64,000 bases of DNA from NCBI GenBank assembly GCA_053919585.1, contig CM132805.1. One strand, given 5' to 3'. Made by a program: the position numbers and the translations under genes. This document shows positions 12,230-24,637 of this stretch, piece after piece. The notes under the pieces were generated by a model. The model did not search any database and was not told where the DNA came from. It worked only from the letters and a program-made list of their open reading frames with translations. Positions within the stretch are counted from its first letter, which is position 1. Each line of letters starts with the position of its first letter. The DNA is from Euprymna scolopes (taxonomy: Eukaryota).

Positions 12230-13225
12230 CGTCCTTGCCCTTGTTTTGATGGAGCAACATCGGAAGTGCACTTATCAAGTCATTGCTTGGAAAAATTTTC
12301 TTCAAATCCGGAACAAAGGCTTCATCAATACACGAAATTCAGATTTTTTTTTATTGGTTTGAAAATCTGCAACATAAGCTTCACTTTAAATTACTGTAAT
12401 TTGTAAACCAATAATTCGATTTGGCTCAAATTCTGAGATGTGAAATCAGAGGGTTACTGCTTAGATTGATTTTTCTTGGTGTATGTTAGGCCAATGGCTT
12501 ATTGAGTGGTGTGCTATTGCTACGCGATCCAGTTCAGATTAAGACTTCGAAGTACGGTCAGTTATACTTGACTCTACCAACTTATAATAAATATTAATTT
12601 CAAATCCTTACACGTTTCTTTTTCTATTATTCATATAGTAAAACAAAATAAATCATTTAAATAATATCAGATCATATTATCCCTTTTTGAAACATTGAAT
12701 AAAAGACAATTTTGAACAGAAGGTTTCGAATCCAAGAAAATTGATTTGCATGTTATGGCCTTTTAGCGGGACATCGCATTGTGAATTGGTCCTGTCTTCC
12801 TAAAATGTTGCTGATCAAACTCTGGCGACATCTAATACACCATATATGTATCATGATAACATGGAAGCGTTGAATTTACCAACGGTGGATCAAAGGAAAG
12901 TAAAAGAACTCTTCTATCTATGTATAACACTAGAACCATTTTTCTGTCACCCGAAATCGGGTTCCCGGATTTGACTTGTTGTCTAGACACTCCCAAGTCT
13001 CGTCAAATTTCGCGAAACCGGGAGTCGGCAGTTTTCATCATGTTTGCAGACAGAATAGAAGTGAGTTAAATTCGTCTACGTTACCAGATTGTTACCGTCA
13101 CAAGAAAAGATTGCCTGTAAGCAACGACGCCATTATGTTGTAAGTTTTAAACATTTTTTCTCCCTCATTGCTCGTCGCTAAAATAATTTCGACAGTTGTT
13201 TGTATGTTTGTGTGTATGTAAAAAA

Positions 13226-13518
13226 AGGCTTCCTTCATTCTTGACAGACTATGGATACTCAGGATAAACGTTTCTGCGGGTGAAATTTTTGTGGCGAGAG
13301 TTGCGCAATATACAACCACACCTCTCCTTGTTCGACATTGTTGAATACCAGTGGCAAGTGGAGGTTCAGAACGACTGGAAACAATGCCGAGATAAGCGGA
13401 AAGCACATACAGCGCCTAGAATTCACAAATGGTCACCTATTAAGCACTAGCCAGACTCAACGTTGCTTAATTTCGGTGATCTGACGGGAACCAGTGAGTC
13501 AATGTGATTATGCCGTAC
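13226..13518 (-). mobile_element. 5S rRNA-derived SINE (SINE3-type), copy 1
   Basis: 13518-13405 reads GTACGGCATAATCAC...CTGGTTCCCGTCAGATCACCGAAATTAAGCAACGTTGAG...GGTGACC...GCTGTA, a diverged 5S. The body is shared with 24280-24470. Confidence 0.85.
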
Positions 13519-14591
13519 TTGTGTGTATGAATGTATGTGTCTTAGAGCCTAACTCGTCGCAGATTTGGAATCAGCCCCTCCGATACAATGTTCTTATTGA
13601 TACAAAAACTTCTTGAACCTTTTTAAAACGCATTATTAAAAATTAAGAGTCCATGAAATGATAATATTAGAAGCAAATATCTGGCATAGTGTTCACATTA
13701 CAGATTAATATTTTATTTTCGAAAAATACCTGATAAAACCACATACTTGTAGTAACGTTTATAATTTTCCCGTCAACTTTAACATACGTATTTGATTTAT
13801 TGGTTACTTTGAATAGTGAATATTTAACATTTAAAAATTGGAAGCGGATAAAGGTATATGATAAATCCGTTCTTCTTCGTTATTGTAGCAAACTTAGAAA
13901 ATTGGTGGTGAGGTCAAACAACTGACCCCTGATCGTCTTCGGACTTTGGCTCGGGATGTCTAGTTCTCCGAGAGGCTATCACATTAAGTCCTGAACGCCT
14001 CGGTGTAGAATTCTCTGGGAGCGGAAAAACGAAGGCTGCACTCCCAATAAGAAAAAAAAGACAATTTGATTCTATTCTACTAAAAAATAATTGCACAAAA
14101 ATTACAAACTTTTTACAGATATGTAGACTTCAGTTCTTAGCACATTTTAAAAGTCAGTTCTTAGCACGTTTTTAAAGTCTCAAATCTCTCTTTTCCGTAG
14201 ATGGCAACATGGCGGAATGGAGAGGGGGTCAGGCGTTGGGAGCTGGTTTTTATCTTGAGATTCTACGCAAAAATCTGTCTCCGATCTGTCCAATTTCGAG
14301 CGGCACTGGCCTTATATATTCCGGGTTGGGTCGGGGGGGGGGAATTCACTCAGCCAATCAGATCACGGTACGTTTCTGGGGGCTTTCCAATCTAAATTGC
14401 GTGTGTGCATTTCACCAATATTACCAGTTTTGTAATCTGGGACCAAAAATGATATCTGTTCCCATGACCTCCGGGGTCAACGCCTGTCAATTTTGCTAGC
14501 CTAAAACTCAGAACATCTGGCCCGGTGCTCCTCAGGCCAGAAGAATGTCATCGTCATTATTCTAACATTTTCTGTCGTCTATTTTTCAAAT

Positions 14592-15252
14592 AACAAATAT
14601 ATCTCTGACTTTGACAATAAAACAAAATATATATTTGATTTTGACAATAAAACAAAATATATATCTGATTTTGACAATAAAACAAAATATATATTTGATT
14701 TTGACAATAAAACAAAATATATATTTGATTTTGACAATAAAACAAAATATATATCTGATTTTGACAATAAAACAAAATATATATCTGATTTTGACAATAA
14801 AACAAAATATATATCTGATTTTTACAATAAAACAAAATATATATCTGATTTTGACAATAAAACAAAATATATATTTGATTTTGACAATAAAACAAAATAT
14901 ATATTTGATTTTGACAATAAAACAAAATATATATTTGATTTTGACAATAAAACAAAATATATATTTGATTTTTACAATAAAACAAAATATATATCTGATT
15001 TTTACAATAAAACAAAATAAATATTTGATTTTGACAATAAAACAAAATATATATCTGATTTTGACAATAAAACAAAATATATATTTGATTTTGACAATAA
15101 AACAAAATATATATTTGATTTTGACAATAAAACAAAATATATATTTGATTTTGACAATAAAACAAAATATATATCTGATTTTGACAATAAAACAAAATAT
15201 ATATCTGATTTTGACAATAAAACAAAATATAAATCTGATTTTTACAATAAAA
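14592..15252. repeat. 30-bp minisatellite, about 22 copies
   Basis: Unit TTGACAATAAAACAAAATATATAT(T/C)TGATT. Source of the repetitive 222 and 270 aa ORFs. Confidence 0.97.
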
Positions 15253-16086
15253 CTGAATGTATCTCTATATCTTCTAATTCAAGTATTTCGATATCTGCTG
15301 TTGTCCGGGATTAAATTAAGCAATCTTAGCATATTTACCCGATCTTTCGCAGGTCTCGGGGGGTGTCAACCTCCCCAATGGGGAGCAAATCGCTCCCTCA
15401 AGTCGATCACGTTACACCCGTAATATTGCTTCCATTTCGAATATAGCATTGAACAGCGATAAAATTATGATTTTTACAAAATAGCCAAGTTTTTATCAAA
15501 ATTAGATATTCAGTTAGTAAAAATGTTAAAAAAAAATTACATGAGATTAGGTTTAACAAGATGGGCTTTTTTAAATTAAAATTCTAGTTAGAGTTCGGAC
15601 TACATGCCACGATGTTGTATCACAAACAGAAATTCGGTAGTGACACTGAGGATAAGCTGATACAATCTTTCTCTTGTTTCTGAATAAAAAGCGATCGTAT
15701 TTGGGATAGCTGCACTTATTCTCTTATTGGCGATAGGTTGCTAGTATTTTGTCTGATGTCATTAAACCCTACATGATGTTGTGCTATCATTATTTACAAC
15801 ATCTGCTATTAATCAGCAAGTATCATGACAGATGAACAAGAAGGAAACAGTAGAAATAACCGAACGGCATCTATGTGTCATGTACATAACGACCCCTCAT
15901 GTGTTTGCCGGTCAGTTCATCTGCTAAGATCAGAGAAGTGGGATCCATAGTGTTATTGTATAGATAACTGTGTATTACTAGAGAAGAGGTAGTAATATAC
16001 AAGCCTTTTTGTCGCTCTAACAGTTTAAATTGCAATCGTTTTTAAATAATTATGTCTTCTTTGTAGAACTTTGAATACATGCAAAA

Positions 16087-16800
16087 ATGGATGCAAAAAA
16101 GCGAATTCGCACACTTTTCTCTTTTCAATTCAAGCTAGGCTTAAAAGCTGCTGATACAGCTCCCGGTATCAACGAAGTGTTTGGCACAGGAACCAATAGT
16201 GAACGCACAGTACAATGGTGGTTTAAGAAATTTCGTGGCGGCGACAAGAGTCTTGAAGATGATGAACGTAGTGGTCGACCATCGGATGTTGACAACAATC
16301 AATTAAGAGCCTTAGTCCATGCACACATATGTGCAACTGTTCGAGAACTTGCTTCTGCATTAGATATAACGTATACGACGATTTTCAACCATTTGAGCGA
16401 GATTGGTATAACAAAAAATATTGATAAATGGATGCCTCACCAATTGAACCACAACCAAAAGAAACGCCGTTACGAAGTGTCATCTTTAGGCGAAAAGAAC
16501 GACCCGTTTCTCGACGGGGTTGTGACTTGCGATAAAAAGTGGGTTCTTTACGACAACCGGCGACGCTCAGCTCAGTGGTTAGACGCCGATGAATCTCCAC
16601 GACATTTCCCGAATGCACAGTTTCACCAAAAGAAAGCCCTGCGGACTGTTTGGTGGTATGTACCCGGTCTCATCCATCATAGTTTTTTTAATCTAGGCAG
16701 AACTATTACGGCGGAGAAGTACTGTCAACAAATCGATGAAATGCATCAGAAACTTCCATAACAACACTCGGCATTAGTCAGCAGAAACTTCTTCACGACA
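16087..16800 (+). pseudogene. Truncated mariner transposase, Hsmar1/cecropia-like
   Basis: ERTVQWWFKKF, LEDDERSGRPSDVDNNQLRA, WMPHQL, VTCDKKWVLYDNRRR and ITAEKYCQQIDEMH. TAA at 16759. Ends at an LLHD-like segment where the Penelope piece begins. Confidence 0.92.
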
Positions 16801-18710
16801 CTGCGGAAAAGAGGATACCCACTACCACTAATACAGAAAGGGATTGAACTGGCTGAAAAAATTCCAATAGACCAACTAAGAACCCCAAAAGAACACAACA
16901 AAGAACAAATTTTAGCATACGTCTCTACACACAACACAAACAACCCAGAACTATTCACACAGATAAAAAAAAATCTTATCCTCCTCAATCAGAACGACCA
17001 ACTAAACAGCATACTTAAAACAACAAAAATAATAAAAAGCAAACGCCAACCCAAAAACTTAAAACACATCCTAACTTCCTCAAAACTCGTCCCACACACT
17101 ACAAAAAGAGTTACAAAATGCAACAAACCGCGATGTGGAGTATGTGACATAATAATAGAAGGTAACACATACACATTCAAAAACCCAGCACAAACATTCA
17201 AAATAAAAAAGGATCTACATTGCACCTCCAGAAATGTAGTATATGCACTAAGATGCACAACATGCAACAAATCCTACATAGGCGCCACCAAAAATTTCAG
17301 CAATAGAGTGGCCTTACATAAGAGCAACATCAAAATTGCAGATAACAGACACCTCTATGTTTCAAAACACGTACACACATGCAGTGGAAACAGCTTCAAA
17401 ATAATGCCAATCTTCCAAACAGACAATTATTTTTATTTACTTACACAGGAAAAAAACTTCATCACCAGATTCACTCCTGAACTGAACAGAACCTAATACC
17501 ATCACACAAAAACATGAAATGCAAGGTACACTCGCATGCACACCCATACACATACACATATACACACCCATACATAAATCAGAACCGACACATAAACACA
17601 CACACACGTGCGCGCATACAACCACACACAGACATAACACTCCTATCTCTAATACAACACACTGAACAACACCAATCCTACTTAACCTCGAAATCAGCAA
17701 CACTAGGAAACACCTAGAGCCATAATATAATATCTGTTCCAACACCTCGCTCCCTCCTCAGTCAGTGGAGGAGAACCCCCTCATGACTGAAACAACTATC
17801 ATCCCTTCTATCATCCCCCTCCCATACCTATACCCCCTCCAATGCCCCCCCCTCTGGGGAACAAAATCTTCCCCACACTAGGAACCGATCCTGGGTCTAG
17901 CCATACCCACTTGGGGAGACAAATAAATAGAAACATTAAAAAATCCCCTATTTTAAATACATCCCTCTTTCTAAACAAACACAATATAAGGAATACCCGA
18001 AAAGACTAAAACGAAAAATCACAATACTAAAATCCAAGAACCCAAAAAATAAATATCAAAATAAAATGAAAGCACCCCTACCCTTATTCCAGAAGAGCTA
18101 GTCCCCCCCTCCCTACACATACACATTAGTAACGACCTCGGATCACAGCCGCCTTCCTAAGGAAGCAAATAACCCCAAAATACTATAAAACAATATACAC
18201 ATTCCCAAACCAATAAAATCAAACACACACACGCACACACACGCACACACATAAACACAAACACACATACACACACACACACACACCCTACCCCACCCTA
18301 AAGGAAAAGAAAAAAATCATTAGGAGAAAGAGATAGCGACTACAACCAGGTCAACGGTCTCCCTCACAGCCCAATAAAAGAGCAATAAAAATTGAGCATG
18401 CCAATGAATAATAAACACTTACAAGCCTCCACCCCTTGGAAAAACTTCAAATTAACTACGAAAATCGCCATTTTTACATCTCCAACACATTTGAAAATAA
18501 TTTCTGACGAGGACGCATCACAGAACGTCTGAAACGCGCGTAAAAACGATTTCAATGATTAAAAACATTATTACAATGATCCAAACATAATTCTCAATGA
18601 AAAACCAAGACACGGAATAATAAAATAATGTTAAAAAATACACATTGTTGGTGACTACTCCCTTATTTAAATATACATCTTTCTTTCGTTGGAATTTCTT
18701 AACCCATTTT
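16798..18710 (+). mobile_element. 5'-truncated Penelope-like element (Neptune-type): RT thumb, Cys linker, C-terminal GIY-YIG, long 3' region
   Basis: Stop-free frame to TAA at 17496: LRKRGYP...KRQPKNLKHIL...KCNKPRCGVC...CTSRNVVYALRCTTCNKSYIG...RVALH...PELN. HHR at 18504; ends in (TA)n. Confidence 0.9.
18496..18550 (+). ncRNA. Minimal type I hammerhead ribozyme in the Penelope 3' region
   Basis: TTT CTGACGA GGACG catcacagaa CGTCT GAAAC GCGC GTA AAA. Palindromic stem III ACGCGCGT; predicted cut after 18542. Confidence 0.8.
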
Positions 18711-18722
18711 ATATATATATAA

Positions 18723-18779
<57 letters not shown>

Positions 18780-18948
18780 TATATGAAGAATTTCCTTTTA
18801 GTAATTTTCAAATCGAAAAAGCAGGCTTTTAATATCAGTTTCAGTTCGACAAAAATGCAACTTATATATATATATAATTTTTCAAAATGTGAGAGATTAT
18901 ATATTAATTTTCACAGCCAAACAACATACGTGACGTTGTTTGGCTGGA

Positions 18949-18989
<41 letters not shown>

Positions 18990-18993
18990 CATT

Positions 18994-19035
18994 CACATAC
19001 AGTACTGTTTCATTTTATCAGAACTCATCAGTGCG
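18994..19035 (-). ncRNA. Hammerhead ribozyme, downstream copy of the tandem pair
   Basis: CGCA CTGATGA GTTCTGATAAAAT GAAAC AGTACT GTA TGTG. Stem II is weak. Confidence 0.72.
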
Positions 19036-19282
19036 GCTACACTAGCACCTTTACCTTTCCATCCCGGGAAAGGTGCTCGCAAGTAACCTCAACAAATGTC
19101 CATTTAGATAAACACTCGTCCACCACTTTTACAGTGCTCGAGCTGCTTGTTTATTGTCTATTTTTTATTTACAAACAAACAACCAGCGAGTCTCGCTTTA
19201 TAGCCAATGAAGTAGCGGTCGAAATACATTCACAATAGTGCTCTACCCCAAGAAGCGGGCTTAAAGTATATATGTAGTCATC

Positions 19283-19324
19283 CACATACAGTACTGTTTC
19301 GCTGTATCAAAACTCATCAGTGCG
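19283..19324 (-). ncRNA. Hammerhead ribozyme, upstream copy of the tandem pair
   Basis: CGCA CTGATGA GTTTTGATACAGC GAAAC AGTACT GTA TGTG. Core intact, with a G-C pair closing stem II. Confidence 0.8.
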
Positions 19325-19665
19325 CCTAATTTTTAGTTTGCAAATTTTGAGGTGTATATGTGCGTATTATTTTCGTGTTTATTAATATATGTTTATTGTT
19401 TGTGTTTCTTAATCAAATGTTTATGTAAATATTTACTTTGGTGTTGTCAGATTCCAACTTATCTTTTCCATCTAACAAATTAAAAATAGCTTTTGGGGAT
19501 ATATCCGGAACATCAAGAAATGCAGTTTGATGTTCTGTTAGGTTGGCAGTTAAAGATCGGACTATAGGCGTTTCTTTGAATCAAAATACTTTTAGCGATG
19601 TTTTTTTTTTTTTACTTTTTTCTTTAAGTATCCAAGTCATAAAAATATGATGCAAATATATAACA

Positions 19666-19847
19666 CTAGATGTACGTATGCGCCGTTGCCCGGTACTGTA
19701 TTATTTTCTCGCATTTTTTGTTCCTCTTTTTTAAAACTATGCTGTGTTATTTTTTTTGGGGGGGGGGCCAAAATATTACATTTTTTCACAGTCAAATATG
19801 TAAATGTGTTTTGATGGTAACAAAGATATGTTCCTTTATTCTATAGA
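19666..19847 (-). mobile_element. Short Helitron remnant
   Basis: A|TCTATAG...CCGGGCAACGG...CTAG|T. Confidence 0.6.
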
Positions 19848-19953
19848 TGACGGGAATTTGAAGATAATTCTTGTCATAGCAAAGTATTATTTGGGAGGGA
19901 TTAAATCGAATCACATGTTATTATTTTTTAAATGTGTTAACCAAATTACTCAC

Positions 19954-20021
19954 CATATTTTGCTCTGACACTGAATCGACACTGCTGACGTAAAGTTGAA
20001 CGCTGACTTTTGTAGGATAAT
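19954..20021 (-). CDS. Exon (68 bp) of the same Cys-loop receptor gene
   Basis: ctttcag|AT TAT CCT ACA...AAT ATG|gtgagt encodes (D)YPTKVSVQLYVSSVDSVSEQNM. The 68-bp size and phase 1/0 match the conserved GlyR/GABA-A exon ending in Met. Not in the ORF track. Confidence 0.93.
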
Positions 20022-20232
20022 CTGAAAGTGATTTGCAAAAAAAGAAAAAAAGAAAATTAAATACATAAAATGGAATCAGAAGATATGAGTAAAAGTGTTA
20101 CGAATTTAAACAACATTTGATCAAAACTAATAAATACTAAAGTTTGGCTTATTTTAACTGTGAACAATCAAAAAATAACGCCATATTTCAAGTTAATTAA
20201 ACTACACACAATAGACATACTATCTCTTATAT

Positions 20233-20629
20233 TGTAACGTAGTCCAGTCAGTATTTGTAAGCGCGGCGTGAGTTTGACATCGCGGGTCAATGCATATATA
20301 GGGATTAAGACTGAGAGCAAGGGAGGAGAAGCAAAGAAAAGAGAAACAATGCGTAGCGATTGCCAAGTTACGTTCGAAGAACAGCGTGAATCATCTCTTC
20401 TCCTGCTTCAACTTCCGAGAGTCGAACTTCGTGAAAATTGTCGTTGTGGCAGCGATTTTCATGGCATAGGTTTGTCTGGTGATGTGTTCTGACAGCCAAC
20501 CGTGTTGGGTGCGGGAAACGAAATAAATACATTTTTTTTCACCAGGAAAAGTTCGTGTCCGAGTCTCATAGCCTTTGTGTTTGTTTCTACATATAACGTG
20601 CGCCCGTTAGACAGAACAGCGACGTTACA
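20233..20629. mobile_element. Solo LTR
   Basis: TGTAACGT...ACGTTACA termini, 4-bp TSD ATAT. Confidence 0.82.
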
Positions 20630-20675
20630 ATATACTGTTTATGTGTATTTGATATTAGTCGCTAGGTCCACGCAT

Positions 20676-21256
20676 TTTTTTTTTTACATAGGCATCAACA
20701 CTTACCAAGTCCCAGAGGCCACTCGAGAATAAGGGTTTAAGAGTGTACAGTAGTCAATTGGACAATATAGTAATCATTAGTGATGGAAATTCAGTAAATT
20801 TGTTAACGTAAGTGGAACGGCTCATCAAGAACTTGTTTACGTTGGAATTGAAGGCAACCATATTGTAGTCAGATGGAAAGCAAGCAAGCGGAAGGCAGTT
20901 CGACAGGCGTGCAGTTCTAAGAAAGAAGCTTTGCTCATGGAATCGATGTTTAGATTTAGGCACAGATAAAGAGTTGGGGAAATTGTTGATAGTGTTTCAG
21001 CTAGACGGGTGTTTCTCGTGAAAATTGGCTGTGGCGACCATAGATTGGAGCTCAGACGAGCACTCGCAATGAAAATAACGATAAAGCAGAGACAGACTCG
21101 CAACATCTTTACTGTGAGAAAAAGGTTGCAGGCAAGAGAAAAGGGCATCCCCGTACGAGGCTATGAAGTCTATTTTGAACTCTAATCAAGACAGGATAAG
21201 TGCTTTCTAGCAGCTCCTGGCACGGTGTGGTAACAGTACTCCATCCTTGGGCGTAC
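20676..21256 (-). mobile_element. CR1-group LINE 3' fragment
   Basis: Homologous to about 3006-3580; PKSKHRFHEQSFFLRTARL; A tail. Confidence 0.9.
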
Positions 21257-21803
21257 AAAATTAATTACATATTAATTTTGAAAAAATAAATTTTTATTAA
21301 CTAACATTTTCATTGTTTATTTTTTATTCGAAAATTGCTTTGATGTTAATATAGAAAATAGTTCTGTTTCGCGATATTTTTTTATTTCCTTAGCAGTTGT
21401 CTTCAGATTTGTCTTCGATAATTGAGTTGATTTTCAAAAAACTGCGACCTATTTCAAAATTGCAAGTGAAAACCAAAACTGATTTCTTCATTATTTTCCT
21501 TTATTTCCGCTCACCTTTAAAAGATAAATAAATTACCTATCCGTATGATTAAATGTCAAAGATTTTGTTTCGTGTTTACAACGAAGATATGAATGAAATT
21601 CTTAATATACTCTGTCATGGATTTGCGAGCAACTACATGAAGGTTTACTAATTTGCGTATCCCTTTAATTAATTAGTTAGTCGTTTTTATGGTTTCTTAT
21701 AAGATGATTGGTTTCATTTCACTATTACTCTTAATTCTATTTGTGCATAGTGTCTACATTCTGCATAATTGCGTAAAATTAAAAATGTAAATTTTCAAGA
21801 ACA

Positions 21804-21894
<91 letters not shown>

Positions 21895-22277
21895 ATAGAA
21901 AGATAGATATATAAATAGATAAAATATATGTGCGAAAAATATCTACCAAACTCCTATCTGAATATTTGGTCTACAGAGTTGTACTTTTATATATAGGGTA
22001 TTTGAGCCTGTATCATAATCAAGATGTAGTTTTTATTCGGTAAAATAACCGCTACTGCGTCAACAAATTTTTTAAAGTGATCTTCGCCTTGTGTAAGTTC
22101 ACATTATTTTTATTTTGCTCATACGCTTATTAAAAGTTATATGTTAAACAACATTATTTTTACGGCTTTTTACATGTGTGCATTTAGTTCAACCCTAACG
22201 GATAAGGTTGAAGAGCTATATACTTCGGTTTCGATGCTAGCTGATGGCACAGAAGTCATTTTTTTTTCAAATCACTA

Positions 22278-22338
<61 letters not shown>

Positions 22339-22445
22339 CAATTTAATAATCGATAGAAAATTGGCTATATAATAATAAATACTTAATCTGCATGAATGAG
22401 AATATATTTAAACGTATTTTTGACCGGGCAATGCCGGGCGGCTTG

Positions 22446-22496
<51 letters not shown>

Positions 22497-22885
22497 TATG
22501 TTTATTGTACACCAATTATTGGTTACATATGTGCATACATGTTTCAGTAGAGTACCAAGTCAAGGATAACACCTCACCAGACCAAAAAAGAATCGATATT
22601 AAAATAGGAATCAAAATTACATTAGTTTTTTTTAAGATATTTGGGTGTGGTTAACGTTCTGGAAGAAAGTGGGGTGTATACTTTGTAAATGTGAGCAGTA
22701 GAGTTTTCTGGTCGTAGGTCTGGTGAAGGAATGGGGTAGAGGTGAGAGAGGAGGGGGAAATAATATGATAATGTATGTATTATAAACAGGGTATATACCA
22801 ACATTGTCCTGCATTGAGCCTCCTTTATTAATCATATGAGTTTCATTGGATTTACATCTAGGAAAACAATCCATACAATGATTAC

Positions 22886-22950
<65 letters not shown>

Positions 22951-22953
<3 letters not shown>

Positions 22954-23388
22954 GGTGTCCCAATAAAATGTATACACTCCATAAAACCAACATTTATTAA
23001 AGAGTGGATCGAAAATGTTCCTAATCAGTTCAATTAGTATATTGACACATCTTCCGTCAATGGCTGCTTTAAACTCATTCGTTGTAGCTCGTTTTATGGT
23101 GTGAATCCTGTGTTTTACGTGCCCCCCGCATCGCTCCCCCGCAAAAAAAAAGAAATATCCAGGGGAGCTGAAATTCAGTGAAAGGGTTCAGTACTCGATA
23201 CTTCCTCTTGGTCCTAACTATCTGTTTCGCAGCTGACTATCAAGATATGCTCTTACGTCATGATGATAGTGGGGAAGTGCTCTATCCTGCTGGAAGTGCC
23301 ATTTTTTATTCCTAAGCATCTCTTGTGAACCTAGCATAGCGTATTCATAAGTTGAGATAATTTAAAGAGCGTATGCATTTTATTGGGA

Positions 23389-23395
<7 letters not shown>
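22951..23395 (-). mobile_element. Internally deleted Tc1/mariner element within (TA)n
   Basis: TIR CAGGGTGTCCCAATAAAATGTATACACTC / GAGCGTATGCATTTTATTGGGATACCCTA, with residual FQQD and GHVK-like text. Confidence 0.8.
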
Positions 23396-23462
<67 letters not shown>

Positions 23463-24159
23463 AAAGTGTGTTAATGATTCCATAGAAATTGATAGTGTTC
23501 ATATTTATTTACTTGGCTCCCCACAAATATTGAGTTTGACACAAGTTCAGTTTTTAATGGGAAAAAAGTCCAGCTCTCAAAAAACAAAACAAAACAACAA
23601 AAAAAACGCTTAGATTCTGGATGACCGATGACGGAAAAGATGACGTGCCGTATTTAGACGGGTTCTGCATTTGCTCTTAGCTAAATGTCAAGCGTCGTGA
23701 ATACACAGGAAATAAAAATGAAATTGATCTTTCTTATCTTCAAATAGAACACAAGTGATTTTTTCTCTCTACACATTGTTTACTTTAGACATTTTTATCA
23801 GTAATAAAAAAAATCTGCATGGAAAAAATGTTAAAGTGCATTTATGTTCCATTTTGAGACGAGAAAGAAACACGGAAGAAAGGGGCCATAACTGTGTCGT
23901 TTTATTCTTCCAGTATTTCTTCGTACGCCTTTTATCTTCTTGCAGCCTGGGTTAAAATATCTATCAATGGCTGTTTACCTTCTTTATTCACATTTTATCG
24001 ATTTCACTTGATATACACCACGCTAACTTTCCAAGACGAGCTCTTAATTTGCAGCGTTACAAAACAAACTCTTTCAAACATAATGCGGCCAATAAAATAA
24101 AGCACGTATTTTTATTTATTTATTTATTTTTTTTTTTGCCAACTATCACTACCTGCATT

Positions 24160-24504
24160 TGGACTATCTGGACTACTGTTCTCAGCTTGGTTGTTATTTT
24201 CACAACGTTTCGCCTGATGTAATTTTCATCGGGTGTGTCTTGACGAACTCAGAAACCTTCTAAGCAAACTCGATAATCTATCGATGCCTTCGTTCAGTCT
24301 CGAAAGACAAAGGACACCCCTTGTAAGGACAGCTGCGCATGTAATTGTGTAACAAGGGTTGCGCAATCTTCAACCACACCTCTCCTGAATCGGCACTGCT
24401 TGAGTCCAGTGGCAAGGAGAAGTCCAGGATGCATGAAAACAATGCCGAGATACGCAGAGAGTACATACAGCACACGGAAGTCTCAAATCCACCCATCTAG
24501 TACT
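24160..24504 (-). mobile_element. 5S-SINE family copy 2 with a decayed HHR tail
   Basis: 3' third of 5S, then a body homologous to copy 1, then CAC CCGATGA...GAAACGTT GTG at 24235-24201. Confidence 0.75.
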
Positions 24505-24600
24505 GGCATAATCACGTCTGACGCACCGGTTCCCGTCAAATCATCGAAGTTAAGCAACAATGAGCTTGGTCAATACTAAATTGGGTAATCTATACGGAAT
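24500..24600 (+). mobile_element. 5S-derived SINE head, inverted relative to the adjacent copy
   Basis: GTACTGGCATAATCACGTCTGACGCACCGGTTCCCGTCAAATCATCGAAGTTAAGCAAC. Confidence 0.82.
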
Positions 24601-24637
24601 TTTAAACCGAACGCTTTTTTAATCTAAAATTGTAATA

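Noticed and set aside
13405-13518. Functional 5S rRNA gene
   Set aside because: It is too diverged, has a damaged C box, and is fused to a SINE body.
14557-15423. 222 and 270 aa repetitive ORFs
   Set aside because: They are by-products of a stop-free 30-bp minisatellite.
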